A DNA stretch of 64,000 nt from a virus (Duplodnaviria; Caudoviricetes), in IMG/VR virus record IMGVR_UViG_3300032243_000867, positions 160,001 through 224,000 of that record; one strand, given 5' to 3'. Positions 19,954-29,466 of the stretch are shown here, piece by piece. How positions within the stretch are numbered: the first letter of the stretch is position 1; every line of letters starts with the position of its first letter. Position numbers and translations under genes: made by a program. The notes beneath the pieces are model-generated. The model searched no databases, had not been told where the DNA came from, and worked only from the letters and a program-made list of their open reading frames with translations.

Positions 19954-20588
19954 GAACTTCCTCTGCTTGGATCAACTACTTCATATGGAAGTGCGAGCGA
20001 CACATCCCCACGTCGAAGAGGTACCCCGCCCTCACCCTCAAGTGCCCCGCGTGCGGGTTCCCCCGCCCCGCCGAGGCATACCGCCCGCCGATGAACCCCG
20101 AGGAGCCCAAGCCCGTCGTGTGGCGGGTGCCCCCAGTGGGGGTGAAACCGCCAGCGCCCGTGACGGTACCGCCACCCCCCGCGAAGGCGTTTTCCGAGGA
20201 TATGTCCTTGGGTCAAGCGCAACGGGATCTGGACGAGACCGTCATCGCGGATCTCGTCGCAGCGTCGGAAAAGCTCAAGAAGTCACGGGTCAAAGCACCG
20301 ACCCCTCCCGCACCCAAGCCCGTGGTGGAAGACCCCGTTGACGTGGCACCCGTGTCGAAGCGCCCCAAGGACATCCCGGTCACCGAGAAGTCCAAGGCAC
20401 ACCTGTGTCCCGGCCCGAAGTGCCGAAAGGTGTCCCGCCGGAACAGCCCGTACTGTTCCAAGATTTGCAGCGACAAGTGCCTTCGCCTTCGTAAGAAGGC
20501 CACGGAGAAGGTGCTGGACGGCCAAGAGGTAAAGTGGCTGAACCGCATCCTCGCCGTGCTGGAAGCGTGGGGCAGTGACAAGGTCTGA
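19950..20588 (+). CDS. Hypothetical protein with two Cys clusters and a Pro-rich linker
   Basis: GTG start overlapping the dnaB stop (GTGA); CPACG and CPGPKC..YCSKIC..C. The ORF track starts further upstream at 19791. Confidence 0.6.
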   Translation: MRTSSAWINYFIWKCERHIPTSKRYPALTLKCPACGFPRPAEAYRPPMNPEEPKPVVWRVPPVGVKPPAPVTVPPPPAKAFSEDMSLGQAQRDLDETVIADLVAASEKLKKSRVKAPTPPAPKPVVEDPVDVAPVSKRPKDIPVTEKSKAHLCPGPKCRKVSRRNSPYCSKICSDKCLRLRKKATEKVLDGQEVKWLNRILAVLEAWGSDKV

Positions 20589-21126
20589 GCGCCGCGCCGC
20601 GCGCATCCGCACGGACATCCCCATCACCCGTGTGCTGGAGGACTACGGCTACCGGGTGCAGGACGTTGACCGGGAGCAGCAGTTCCAGTGCGACCTCCAC
20701 GGTGACGGGACGGATGGCAAACCCTCTGCCCGCGTCTACCCGAGCACCAACCAGTGGTACTGCTGGGCCTGTGCCCGGTCCCGGGACTCTCTTGCCACGG
20801 CGCGCGAGAAGGAGGGGTTGTCCTTCCACGCGGCCCTCGACGCGCTGGAACAACGGTACGGGCTACCTTCTCTCCCGTGGGAAGAGGGCGATGACGACAC
20901 CACCCCTGCCGATCCCGTAGCGGCGGTGCTCGACGCCCCGCACGCAGACCCGGTACGGGTCCGCACCGAGAGGGTGCTACGAGCCCTCACCATCGAGCGC
21001 ACGGAGCCCCTTCCACGGGTGCTGAAGCTTTGGGAGGCGTTCGACCGGGCGCGTGTGCTAGAGGACGGCGGGGATGAAGGCCCGATGCGATCTTTGCTGA
21101 CGGCCCTGCTGCGGCCCCGGGCGTAA
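20575..21126 (+). CDS. Stand-alone CHC2 zinc-finger protein (DnaG primase zinc-binding domain)
   Basis: FQCDLHGDG..PSARVY..WYCWAC..D..KEGLSFHAALDAL; no TOPRIM domain in the 183 aa. Confidence 0.8.
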   Translation: MTRSERRAARIRTDIPITRVLEDYGYRVQDVDREQQFQCDLHGDGTDGKPSARVYPSTNQWYCWACARSRDSLATAREKEGLSFHAALDALEQRYGLPSLPWEEGDDDTTPADPVAAVLDAPHADPVRVRTERVLRALTIERTEPLPRVLKLWEAFDRARVLEDGGDEGPMRSLLTALLRPRA

Positions 21127-21143
21127 TCTACGCCGAGGTGCCT

Positions 21144-21356
21144 ATGCCTTCGTTCAATCACACCCGGGAAGACGGCTTCTACGATCCCTGTGCTCAATGC
21201 TGGGGCGAGATGTCCGAGGCAGACAAGATCGAATCCGTGTTGGGGATGTCCGACGACCCGTACGAGGACGGGCGCATCTTGGAGTGCCTTCAAGCAGCGG
21301 GGCACCCTCTGAGCGAGCCCATCAACGAGCTCCGCGCCAGATACCAAAACAGATGA
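21144..21356 (+). CDS. Small hypothetical protein
   Basis: GAGGT SD-like site; coupled to the next gene by ATGA overlap. Confidence 0.5.
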   Translation: MPSFNHTREDGFYDPCAQCWGEMSEADKIESVLGMSDDPYEDGRILECLQAAGHPLSEPINELRARYQNR

Positions 21357-21829
21357 AGGGCATCGTCACCGCCAAGCTCCCCGACCTCCGGTGGGGTGAG
21401 CCTACCATCGCGCGGGTGATCCCCACGGAGACGGGTGGCCCGTGGGGCGCTTTGCACTTCCTCGTCGGGACGGATTGGGAGCCGCTGTTCTCGGTGATCC
21501 CGAAGCTGGTGCTCGACCAAGCCCTGCGCGGCCACGCCACCCCGTTGATGAAGGTGCTAGGACCACCCCCCAAGGCGCTGGTCAAGAGACTCCCCGTGGT
21601 GGAGACACCCTGCGCCCAGCGACGCTCGTGCCTCAACGCCACCCCGAACTGCGTGCCGGGACCGAAGCTCCCCGACTGCTGGGAGCCCACCACGTTCACG
21701 GGCGAGGAGGCGACCCTCGTCAACCTTGTCGTGCGCTACTGGCGGGACGGCGTGGTGGTCGTGGTCGAGGAGCCCGACGCCTCACCGAAATCGGTGAAGT
21801 CAGCCACGCCGCCCTCGCCAACGCGGTAG
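21353..21829 (+). CDS. Hypothetical protein (MKGIVTAKLP...)
   Basis: ATG overlaps the previous stop; good codon bias; Cys cluster CAQRRSC..C..DCW. Confidence 0.55.
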   Translation: MKGIVTAKLPDLRWGEPTIARVIPTETGGPWGALHFLVGTDWEPLFSVIPKLVLDQALRGHATPLMKVLGPPPKALVKRLPVVETPCAQRRSCLNATPNCVPGPKLPDCWEPTTFTGEEATLVNLVVRYWRDGVVVVVEEPDASPKSVKSATPPSPTR

Positions 21830-21972
21830 GCATCGGCGTCGCGCCAATCGGCCTCGAAACGGTCGCGATGCGCGAGACGGTAGACCGGGGCGGGAAGTAC
21901 ACCTGTGAGGTGACGGCGCACCCGCTCAACGGCGGCACGGAGAAGGTATGACCCCGGATCAAGAGGTTGTTT

Positions 21973-22443
21973 ATGAAGTCGTTTCATGAAGTTCTGGCCC
22001 CGCTGCTGGTGGGGTTCACGGTCACGAAGGTCGAGGCGGGCGAAGGGCGCGAAGGGGACCCCGCCCGTATCACCTGCCGCAAGGGCGACACCCTTCGCAC
22101 GTTCGAGGTGTGGGGCGGCATCAACGGCCCGTGTGTGAGTCACGTCAAAGAGTCCCGTGCCGGGGCACCCGAGGCGTGGACCGACGTAGAGGGGATGTTC
22201 ACGGACATCACCGATCACGTCGTCTACGCGGCCCCCGACACGGTGATCGAGGCCGTGGACGACCCGCGCACCTTGCGCTTTGGGTTCCGTTGCCGGGAGA
22301 CGGGCGCGGAGTGGTGGGTGAAGCTCGCCACCGTGAAGGCGTCCCGTTGGTCGCCCCGGTTCGCCACCGTTGCGGGGCGCGCGGAGCTCGCCCAGTGCCT
22401 CACCAACGTCGGGCACGGGCTGTACGCCTTCGACACGAAGTGA
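21973..22443 (+). CDS. Hypothetical protein
   Basis: GAGG SD upstream; strong codon bias. Confidence 0.6.
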   Translation: MKSFHEVLAPLLVGFTVTKVEAGEGREGDPARITCRKGDTLRTFEVWGGINGPCVSHVKESRAGAPEAWTDVEGMFTDITDHVVYAAPDTVIEAVDDPRTLRFGFRCRETGAEWWVKLATVKASRWSPRFATVAGRAELAQCLTNVGHGLYAFDTK

Positions 22444-22457
22444 CGGGGGACACTCTC

Positions 22458-22467
22458 CCGGGCGTAA
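22458..22467 (+). promoter_or_regulatory. CCGGGCGTAA motif 9 nt upstream of the polA ATG
   Basis: Recurrent motif. Confidence 0.5.
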
Positions 22468-22476
22468 CGTCCCGTG

Positions 22477-25137
22477 ATGGACCTGTTCACCTTTCTCGAA
22501 GACACGAACACCCTCAAAGTAGAGCCCAAGTCGTGGATGACGGGGGGTGATTACACCCTCGCCCGGGCTACGAACGAGACCCTTCCCGGCATCATCGACG
22601 CTTGCATCGCGGGCGGGCGGTACGCCCTCGACCTCGAAACCACCGGGCTGAACTCCTGCGTCTACGACGGTGAGACGGTGTCGAAGATCGTCGGGTGCTG
22701 CCTGTCCCCCGACGGAAAACGCGGCTACTACATCCCGCTACGTCACCGCACGGGCACCGAGCACAACGTGTCGTGGTCGCTGTGGAAGCGGGAGATGGCG
22801 CGGTTGATCGCCAGCCCTGCCGTGGCCGTGTTCCACAACGGCAAGTTCGACCAAGAGTTCCTCCAGAACTGCGGCGGCGAGCCGCTGGGCGAGTGGGACG
22901 ACCCGAAGAAGTGGGACGACACACTCATCCTCGCGTACCTGCGGGACACCCGGTCGAAGTCGAAGGGGCTGAAGCATCTCTCGAAGACCGAACTCGGCAT
23001 GGAGATGATCGAGCTCGATGAGCTTTTCCCCGAGGACAAGCGCAAGAACGGTCTGGACTTCTCGGAGCTCGACCCGTCTTGGGAGCCCGTGACGTGGTAC
23101 GGGGCCAGCGATGCCATCTGCACATGGAACCTCTACCAGAGGCTCGCCCCCGAGGTGCTCCAGCCCAAAGAGGGGAAGGGGCAGACGCTCGTCTATGCCA
23201 TCGAGAAGCTCTGCGTGCCCTCCACCCGGTGGATGGAGAGGGCGCGGATTCTTACCGACCAAGGGAAGGCGCGGGAGCTCATCCGTATCGGTCAGCGTGA
23301 GTGGATCGCGGCGCTGGAGGAGGTGTACGAGAGCTCGTCTGCCCTCATAGGGCGGGACATTCGCCCCGGCTACTATCGCATTTTGCGCGGGAGCGCCCCC
23401 GGCCATGAGGCTCTTAAGTTCGACCCCGAGGTGGTGACGCCTAGTTACTCCGACCGCATCGACGTGGCGCGGGCCGCTGCCACCAAGGGCAAGCTCGACC
23501 CTTTGAAGGAGAAGGGGAAGGTAGCCACGATCACCAAGCGGGTGCCCTCCATCGTCAACAAGGGCCAGACGGAGGACGTGGATTTCCCGCTCGTGTACGA
23601 CGTTCTGTCCGCGCAGCAGCTAGGCGGGCTACTCCGCGAGTGCAAGGTTCCGGGGCTCAAGGCCACGGAGAAGTCTGGGCAGGTGGACACCAGCAAGGAC
23701 ACGCTGGAAGAAGTTCTTGAGAGCGCGGGCGATAGGTTCCCGTTCGCGGGCAAGATCAAGCGGTTCCGCGAAGTTTCCAAGGCCCTGTCTACCTACCTCC
23801 TGCCCATCATCGAAGACGCTCACGCGGACGGGTCCCTCCGCGCGTACTTCAACGCCTTCAGCATCGAAACGGGACGGTTCAACGCTCCGTCGAGCAAAGA
23901 CCCCAAGGTGGACGGCGGGACGCGCTTTCCGTTTCACGGGACGCCCGCTACCTACGACCCGAACCGCCCGGAGTGCCTGGGGCGGGTGCGCGAGTGCATC
24001 ATCTCCCGACCGGGAAAGGTTATCACGGCCATCGACTTCAGCGGCGTGGAGCTTCGCATCGTGACGAACCTGTCGGGCGAGCCGAAGTGGCTGAGGGAGT
24101 TCTTTCACTGCTCGGGATGCGACCGAATGTTCCAGCAACCCACGGCGGATGCCCCCATTCCCGTGGCCCCGCCCCCGTACTGCCCCGACTGCGGAAGCGA
24201 CAAGATCGGGGACCTGCACACCCTCACGGGCATCTCTGTGTACGGGGAGGACGCCCCGAAGCGGGAGAACTGGAAACAGCTTCGCGGCTTCGCCAAGGGG
24301 TGCAACTTCGCCCTGTGTTACGGCGGCGGGGGTAACGCCGTTGTGACCAGCATCGGATGCGACAAGAACGAAGGGTGGCGCATCAAGGAACAGTTCGACA
24401 AGACCTACAAGACTCTCTCTGGGTGGTGGAAGCTTCAGCACCTGTATGCCAAGAAGCACAAGTACGTGACCACGGCTTTCGGGCGGCGGTACCCCTTGCC
24501 CGACATCGACCACGAACTCGGCGGGTTCCGGTCGAAGGCAGAGCGCAACGCGGTGAACGGCCCGGTGCAGGGCACGTCGGCGGACATCACGAAGATCGCG
24601 ATGGGGCTCGCCTACAAAGAGTGCAAGAAGAGGGGTTGGCTTGAGAAGGTCCATATGCTGATCACCATGCACGACGAACTCGTGTTCGAGATCGACAAGG
24701 ACATTCTGGAGGAGGCCATCGACCTGTTTGTGTGGCTGATGTGCCGCAACGACATCCTCCTTCGTCTGGGCTGGGCCGTCCCCCTCACGTCCGACGTGGA
24801 GATGGGGCCAGACTGGACGGTGCCGTGGGACCTCAAGAAGATTCGCAAGAAGGGCGAGTGCCCGCCCGAGCTCGACGGGTGCTTCAAGGGCATCGGGCCG
24901 AAGGTAGAGAAGCCCAAGGGTGACGCGCAACCCACCGAAAAGAAACGGGAAATCCTCACCCTCACCCATAAGGTAAAAGGCTTTATGTTAGGCGAGGTAG
25001 AGACTCTGGCGCGGCTGATTCACAGCGGCAAGCTCTCCCCGTCCGCGAAGCTGAAGGTGGAGGGGCCGAACGGCGAAGACCTCACCGGGGCGTTGTCCAC
25101 GGTGTGGGGCGGGAAGGTACCGATGGTGCAGGGATGA
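22477..25137 (+). CDS. polA: Family A DNA polymerase with 3'-5' exonuclease
   Basis: ExoI LDLETTGL, ExoII HNGKFD, ExoIII YGASDA; ETGRF; motif A AIDFSGVELR; motif B RGFAKGCNFALCYG; motif C MHDELVFE. Confidence 0.95.
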   Translation: MDLFTFLEDTNTLKVEPKSWMTGGDYTLARATNETLPGIIDACIAGGRYALDLETTGLNSCVYDGETVSKIVGCCLSPDGKRGYYIPLRHRTGTEHNVSWSLWKREMARLIASPAVAVFHNGKFDQEFLQNCGGEPLGEWDDPKKWDDTLILAYLRDTRSKSKGLKHLSKTELGMEMIELDELFPEDKRKNGLDFSELDPSWEPVTWYGASDAICTWNLYQRLAPEVLQPKEGKGQTLVYAIEKLCVPSTRWMERARILTDQGKARELIRIGQREWIAALEEVYESSSALIGRDIRPGYYRILRGSAPGHEALKFDPEVVTPSYSDRIDVARAAATKGKLDPLKEKGKVATITKRVPSIVNKGQTEDVDFPLVYDVLSAQQLGGLLRECKVPGLKATEKSGQVDTSKDTLEEVLESAGDRFPFAGKIKRFREVSKALSTYLLPIIEDAHADGSLRAYFNAFSIETGRFNAPSSKDPKVDGGTRFPFHGTPATYDPNRPECLGRVRECIISRPGKVITAIDFSGVELRIVTNLSGEPKWLREFFHCSGCDRMFQQPTADAPIPVAPPPYCPDCGSDKIGDLHTLTGISVYGEDAPKRENWKQLRGFAKGCNFALCYGGGGNAVVTSIGCDKNEGWRIKEQFDKTYKTLSGWWKLQHLYAKKHKYVTTAFGRRYPLPDIDHELGGFRSKAERNAVNGPVQGTSADITKIAMGLAYKECKKRGWLEKVHMLITMHDELVFEIDKDILEEAIDLFVWLMCRNDILLRLGWAVPLTSDVEMGPDWTVPWDLKKIRKKGECPPELDGCFKGIGPKVEKPKGDAQPTEKKREILTLTHKVKGFMLGEVETLARLIHSGKLSPSAKLKVEGPNGEDLTGALSTVWGGKVPMVQG

Positions 25138-25472
25138 GTGACGAGATTCTGGAGCGGCTCTCGGAAGCGGAGCGGAAGACGGATAACCTGGTAGACGTAT
25201 GCGCCGCCGTTGCAGACGACACGCTGCGTATGTGCTTCGTACTGGACGAGCTTCACCGGGCGGGCGCTATTCCAGAGCTTCCCTGGAAAACGGCGACGGT
25301 TCTGGTCGAGCTCCACCACGCGATGCTCGCGGCGAACGATGGGATGGAGGACGGTGCGGGAACCCCGGCCTCTCAGCGCGTAGAGGAACTCCGAAAAGAG
25401 ATTCTGGAGCTGCGGAGAGCCTATGCGGCTTCGGTGAAAGGAGAAAACTTTGAAGCCCGACCTGCTGAATGA
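25134..25472 (+). CDS. Hypothetical helical protein
   Basis: ATGA overlap with the polA stop. Confidence 0.55.
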   Translation: MSDEILERLSEAERKTDNLVDVCAAVADDTLRMCFVLDELHRAGAIPELPWKTATVLVELHHAMLAANDGMEDGAGTPASQRVEELRKEILELRRAYAASVKGENFEARPAE

Positions 25473-26103
25473 GTGTAACGATCAAAAGATCCCCCCGCGC
25501 GAGTTCAAGGAGACGTTCTGCAAGCGTTGCCGGAACCAGAACTGCGCGAACGCCGGGTGGGCGAGTTCTTCGTTCGACGAGCGGGTCCGCACACAGGTAG
25601 ACAGGCTTCTCATCAACCCTCTGCAAGCGCGCCCCGAAGACACGCGCTTCGACCCCCTCCGGGCGATGCACTTCGTTGAGGTGTCCGCAGCCGTCTCCCT
25701 CGCCCGACGCGCGGACCCTTGGGCGGGTCCGGGGGTTCACCTCTCGGAGCCCGACCCCGAGACGGCGAAGTCCTTGGTGGTCGAGGAAGCCGTCTCGCGG
25801 CTGGCGGAGGCGCGTGGAAAGAAGCCCCCCGCCCCTACGATCATCGCCGTCGAAACCGAGACTTCCCCAGCCCCAGACCCGGTTCCCGCGAGGGAGCCCG
25901 AACCGCCGCCCGCACCCCGACCCCCTCTCGCGAACCCGAGGCCCCCAGCGACGATCAACACGGAGTTCCCGGACGAGGGGGTGATGATCGGAGGGGGTCC
26001 GCCTCCCGCGAATCAGTCCCCGGTGAGGGACGAAGACGCATGGGCACCGAAACCGAAACAGACCGTCGTCCCCCGCGGGGCGAAGATCAGGATGGGAGAA
26101 TGA
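25450..26103 (+). CDS. Hypothetical protein with N-terminal Cys cluster and Pro-rich C-terminus
   Basis: TTG start after GGAG; C..FCKRCRNQNC. Confidence 0.6.
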   Translation: MKPDLLNECNDQKIPPREFKETFCKRCRNQNCANAGWASSSFDERVRTQVDRLLINPLQARPEDTRFDPLRAMHFVEVSAAVSLARRADPWAGPGVHLSEPDPETAKSLVVEEAVSRLAEARGKKPPAPTIIAVETETSPAPDPVPAREPEPPPAPRPPLANPRPPATINTEFPDEGVMIGGGPPPANQSPVRDEDAWAPKPKQTVVPRGAKIRMGE

Positions 26104-26411
26104 ACCACATGAACAGAATCCTCAAGCAAGCCTGCGAGCGCGGGACCCGCGCCGTGATTCTCATTCCCGAAGCCGCCTACGAAGAAGCCCTGAAGTTCTT
26201 CGCTTGCAAGTTCGAGAAAAACGCTGGGCGTACCGCCCGGATGCCGGGGGGAAACCTTCTGACGGTTATCACGCCCCAGACCTCGGCAGACGAGATTCCG
26301 GGGGAGTTCGATCTGTACCTGTCGGGATGGGGGAAGGCAACGCCGAAGGACGAGCGGGAAGTATCGAAGTGGATGTCCCGCGCCCGAGGGGTTTACACGG
26401 AAATCAGTTGA
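26100..26411 (+). CDS. Hypothetical protein (MNHMNRILKQ...)
   Basis: ATGA overlap with the previous stop; GGGAG SD. Confidence 0.55.
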   Translation: MNHMNRILKQACERGTRAVILIPEAAYEEALKFFACKFEKNAGRTARMPGGNLLTVITPQTSADEIPGEFDLYLSGWGKATPKDEREVSKWMSRARGVYTEIS

Positions 26412-26634
26412 CGGAAGCCGACAGGGACTTCTCGAACAGACTCTTGCACGCCTCGTCCTCTAGGACGAACTTCAAGTAATGGACGAGATGGAGGGACCGA
26501 AGGTAATCCTCGCTGTTTTCTTCCTCAGAGGCGATGAGGAACTCCACCTCACCGTCCGAACGTATCACCATCGACACGTCTCCCTCGAATAGCTCCAGAT
26601 TCCCCATGTCCACGGGATCTTCCTCTTCTGACAT
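26404..26634 (-). CDS. Small acidic hypothetical protein
   Basis: 76 aa; preceded by CCTAT-N14-ATG. Confidence 0.55.
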   Translation of the reverse strand: MSEEEDPVDMGNLELFEGDVSMVIRSDGEVEFLIASEEENSEDYLRSLHLVHYLKFVLEDEACKSLFEKSLSASVN

Positions 26635-26664
26635 ACCCTAGATGGCCGATAGGTAACGTAGTGC

Positions 26665-26988
26665 ATGGCCGGTAACTGGTGGTACGACAACCAAGGTCGC
26701 AACAACCTCGCGGGGGTACCCGGTAGCCCTACCAACCCTGCGATCCTCCCCGATCACGTCATCGTGGATTTGCTCATCAACGTCCCCATCGCGAAAAGGG
26801 ACTTCCAGGCTCTCGTTCCCACGATGCTCCCCGAGGAACAGGTGCGTCTGAACGACTTGGTGGCGCTGAACCCGATCACCCTCCAGCCGTTTCCCTTCAA
26901 CGACCAGCAGATCGACGACCGCTTCATGGCGTCCCAGAACCGCCCGGGGATTCACGACCCGAACAACCGCAGGAAGAAGCAATGGTGA
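26665..26988 (+). CDS. Hypothetical protein
   Basis: 107 aa; good codon bias; divergent from 26634. Confidence 0.55.
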   Translation: MAGNWWYDNQGRNNLAGVPGSPTNPAILPDHVIVDLLINVPIAKRDFQALVPTMLPEEQVRLNDLVALNPITLQPFPFNDQQIDDRFMASQNRPGIHDPNNRRKKQW

Positions 26989-27347
26989 GGCGCTTCCTTC
27001 TCGCGGTAGCCTTGGCGGGGTGTTCCGGCACCGTGCTACGGGACCGGGACACCTATCTCACCGAGGTGACCTTCGCTGACCGTCTGTTGCGGGAGGGGGC
27101 ACCCGCTACGCGGGACATCGTCGTACATCGTTGCACCTGCGCGAACGGAGTTTGGCGGTCCAACAGCCCGTGGGCGACGGACCTCCTATGCCAAGGCTAC
27201 GCGGATTGGTGGGCGGTGTACTCCGCGCGGTGGACGTGGCATCGAGACATGATGCTGTACAACGGGCGATTGCTGGAAACCCGCCCGCCCTCAACCCCTG
27301 TGCTTCCCCCGAGAAGCTGCGAGCTACCCGATGCCCGACCCGAGTGA
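26982..27347 (+). CDS. Putative lipoprotein
   Basis: Signal MVRRFLLAVALAGC with lipobox LAG^C. Confidence 0.55.
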   Translation: MVRRFLLAVALAGCSGTVLRDRDTYLTEVTFADRLLREGAPATRDIVVHRCTCANGVWRSNSPWATDLLCQGYADWWAVYSARWTWHRDMMLYNGRLLETRPPSTPVLPPRSCELPDARPE

Positions 27348-27696
27348 TCGTGCCCTCGTTCCGTTGCTGTCCCTTCGTGACCAGTTTCCCGGCGGGTGGG
27401 AGCGTTCCCTCGTGGAAATCTCCATGCGCGCCTTGCGCGACCGAGGGGTGGAGGGGGTGAGGGTTCTTCAGACTCTCGTCGATTCGACCCGCACCGGGCA
27501 CATGGACACGGCACAGTTGGTTGAGGCGGTAGGTCGCACGTTGCCCCTGCGGGACGCGAGCGACTTCTTGGCGATCCTCCAGAACGCCGAGGCGGACCGT
27601 CTAGACCGCGCGAGGGACCTACTGCGGCGGGCGCTCGCCCTCGCAACGGTGGCGGCAGGGGAACTTCTGAGGGTCGCGTTGGGAGGCAAGCTGTGA
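27331..27696 (+). CDS. Hypothetical helical protein
   Basis: Overlaps both neighbours in an operon-like run. Confidence 0.5.
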   Translation: MPDPSDRALVPLLSLRDQFPGGWERSLVEISMRALRDRGVEGVRVLQTLVDSTRTGHMDTAQLVEAVGRTLPLRDASDFLAILQNAEADRLDRARDLLRRALALATVAAGELLRVALGGKL

Positions 27697-28088
27697 AGGG
27701 CACCGTACGGCGTTACCTACCGGAAAAGCGGTACGGCTTCATTCTATCGGGCGACGTGGAGGTGTTCTTTCACCTGTCGGTGTTTTCCGGCCCGACCACT
27801 GTTCCCCCGCTCACGGGCGAAGAGGTCGAGTACGAACTAGAGGAGGGCACCCGCGCCAGCACCGTCGTTCGTTGCGAAGCCCCCCTGCACCTTGAGGGCG
27901 CGGTGTCCTCGTACGACCCGGTGCGCGGGTACGGGTTCATCACCACCGACCGTGGGGGCTACTACCTTCACAAGTCCGAAGTGGTCGGGGGGGGAGTTCC
28001 AGCCGTAGGGTCTGGGGTTCACTTCTACACGACCGGAGGTTCCGCGTCGGGGAAGAAACCACGGGCCTGTTACGTGACGGTGTTCTGA
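27693..28088 (+). CDS. Tandem cold-shock-domain (OB-fold) protein
   Basis: Two RNP1/RNP2 pairs: KRYGFI..VFFHLS and RGYGFI..YYLHKS. Confidence 0.85.
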   Translation: MKGTVRRYLPEKRYGFILSGDVEVFFHLSVFSGPTTVPPLTGEEVEYELEEGTRASTVVRCEAPLHLEGAVSSYDPVRGYGFITTDRGGYYLHKSEVVGGGVPAVGSGVHFYTTGGSASGKKPRACYVTVF

Positions 28089-28651
28089 TGAGCGAGAGAA
28101 ACCCCTTCGGCGGCAAAAATTCCCATAGCCTGTACGTCCCGATGTCGGAGACGGAACAAGAGTTCGTCTCCCGCCTTGTCGAGACGGGTGACCTGATCGT
28201 GAAGGTACACGGGTGGGGCGTCGTGCCGAACCCGTCGGTCACCCTGGGGGATCTCCAGGTCATCATCCCCCTCACGCTGAAGTTCGACCGCCCAGAAGTA
28301 CCCATCCCCGTCCCCTACTTCGACCTGGAGCTCCTGACCGGGTCGGGCATCTCTCTGTACCGGGAGAAACAGCCCTGCGAGTACGGGGGACAACCCCTAT
28401 CTGTGGGAAGCGGGACGGTGATTCAGATGATCTGGCATATCGGCATCCGAGCGATGGACCCGAACCTAGTCAAGATGATGATGCCGGGGACGGTGGGTCT
28501 CACCTCCCGGCGCTTCGACAAGGACACGGGAGCTCTCACTCTCACCGGGAACATGGACCTCGACGCCTCCCAGAAGCGCCTGATCGAGCTCGTGACCGCG
28601 GGCGAGAACAACGTCCGCGCCGAACGCGACGCCAAAGTGGGGTCGCGTTAG
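28088..28651 (+). CDS. Hypothetical protein, 187 aa
   Basis: TGATG overlap; strong codon bias. Confidence 0.6.
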   Translation: MSERNPFGGKNSHSLYVPMSETEQEFVSRLVETGDLIVKVHGWGVVPNPSVTLGDLQVIIPLTLKFDRPEVPIPVPYFDLELLTGSGISLYREKQPCEYGGQPLSVGSGTVIQMIWHIGIRAMDPNLVKMMMPGTVGLTSRRFDKDTGALTLTGNMDLDASQKRLIELVTAGENNVRAERDAKVGSR

Positions 28652-28674
28652 CGATTCTATACCTTCGCGGGGGC

Positions 28675-29466
28675 ATGGACAGTCTGACCAGCCGCATCGC
28701 CCGCAAACACCTCGCCGCCAAGGCCCCTATCGGACCGATGACCTCCTACGAGGATTGGCTCGATAACAATCCCGAGTTCGCGAAGGCTTCGACGGTCGCG
28801 CCCTTCCTGATGCGGAAGCTGGTGATGGAACTGAAGCTTCGGGCGATGCCCGCTTCGTTGCGGTTCTTTCAGCTCGTGGATCAGGTCCATCATATGTCCC
28901 TCGGGGCTCCCGTTGAGGACTTGTCTCAGGAGTTCCGGGCGGCAGCGAAGTACCTGTCGCAAGCCGTGATCCGAACCCTCGGAGATGAGAAGGGTGCGGC
29001 CCTCGCGAACAGCATCACGGACTGTGCCGTGGACAACGCCGCAAACCTCCGCCGTATCGGGGCGGGGGCGAAGGGCGTGGTGTTCACGAACTTCGGCGTG
29101 TCCGTCGCGGAGGTTCTCCAGAGTCTATCCCGCGAGGCGGGGCTCTCCGCCGGGTATCAGGTCAAGACCATCGAGGGGACCCGGTGGCCTCTGATCCGTA
29201 TTCTCTCGAAGGACGAGAAGGGGCTCCGCGACCTTCAGGAGAACAACCCCGATCTCTACACCGAGCTTGTCGGGAACATCGAGCAAGCGGGCAAGTTCCA
29301 ATACGAGGTGGAGAAATCCATCATCGAGAAGGGGCTGGTCCCGACGACGGTGATGAGCGACGGCGTGCCCTCCCGGCCAGTGAGGATTACGTCACCAAGG
29401 AGAAGACCGTCTACACCCCGGACGGGCGCGTGCTCGGCGAAAAAGAGTTTCTCCGGGATCGCATGA
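28675..29466 (+). CDS. N-terminal part of a putative cargo protein (MDSLTSRIARKHLAA...); probably continuous with the downstream SNF2 via an indel near 29365-29380
   Basis: Codon bias is strong to ~29370, then switches to frame 3; preceded by TTCTAT-N14-ATG. Confidence 0.6.
   Translation: MDSLTSRIARKHLAAKAPIGPMTSYEDWLDNNPEFAKASTVAPFLMRKLVMELKLRAMPASLRFFQLVDQVHHMSLGAPVEDLSQEFRAAAKYLSQAVIRTLGDEKGAALANSITDCAVDNAANLRRIGAGAKGVVFTNFGVSVAEVLQSLSREAGLSAGYQVKTIEGTRWPLIRILSKDEKGLRDLQENNPDLYTELVGNIEQAGKFQYEVEKSIIEKGLVPTTVMSDGVPSRPVRITSPRRRPSTPRTGACSAKKSFSGIA

Noticed and set aside
21793-21951. Possible extra small ORF (tail of track ORF 21442..21951)
   Set aside because: No clear start codon or SD; overlaps the preceding gene; could not be supported
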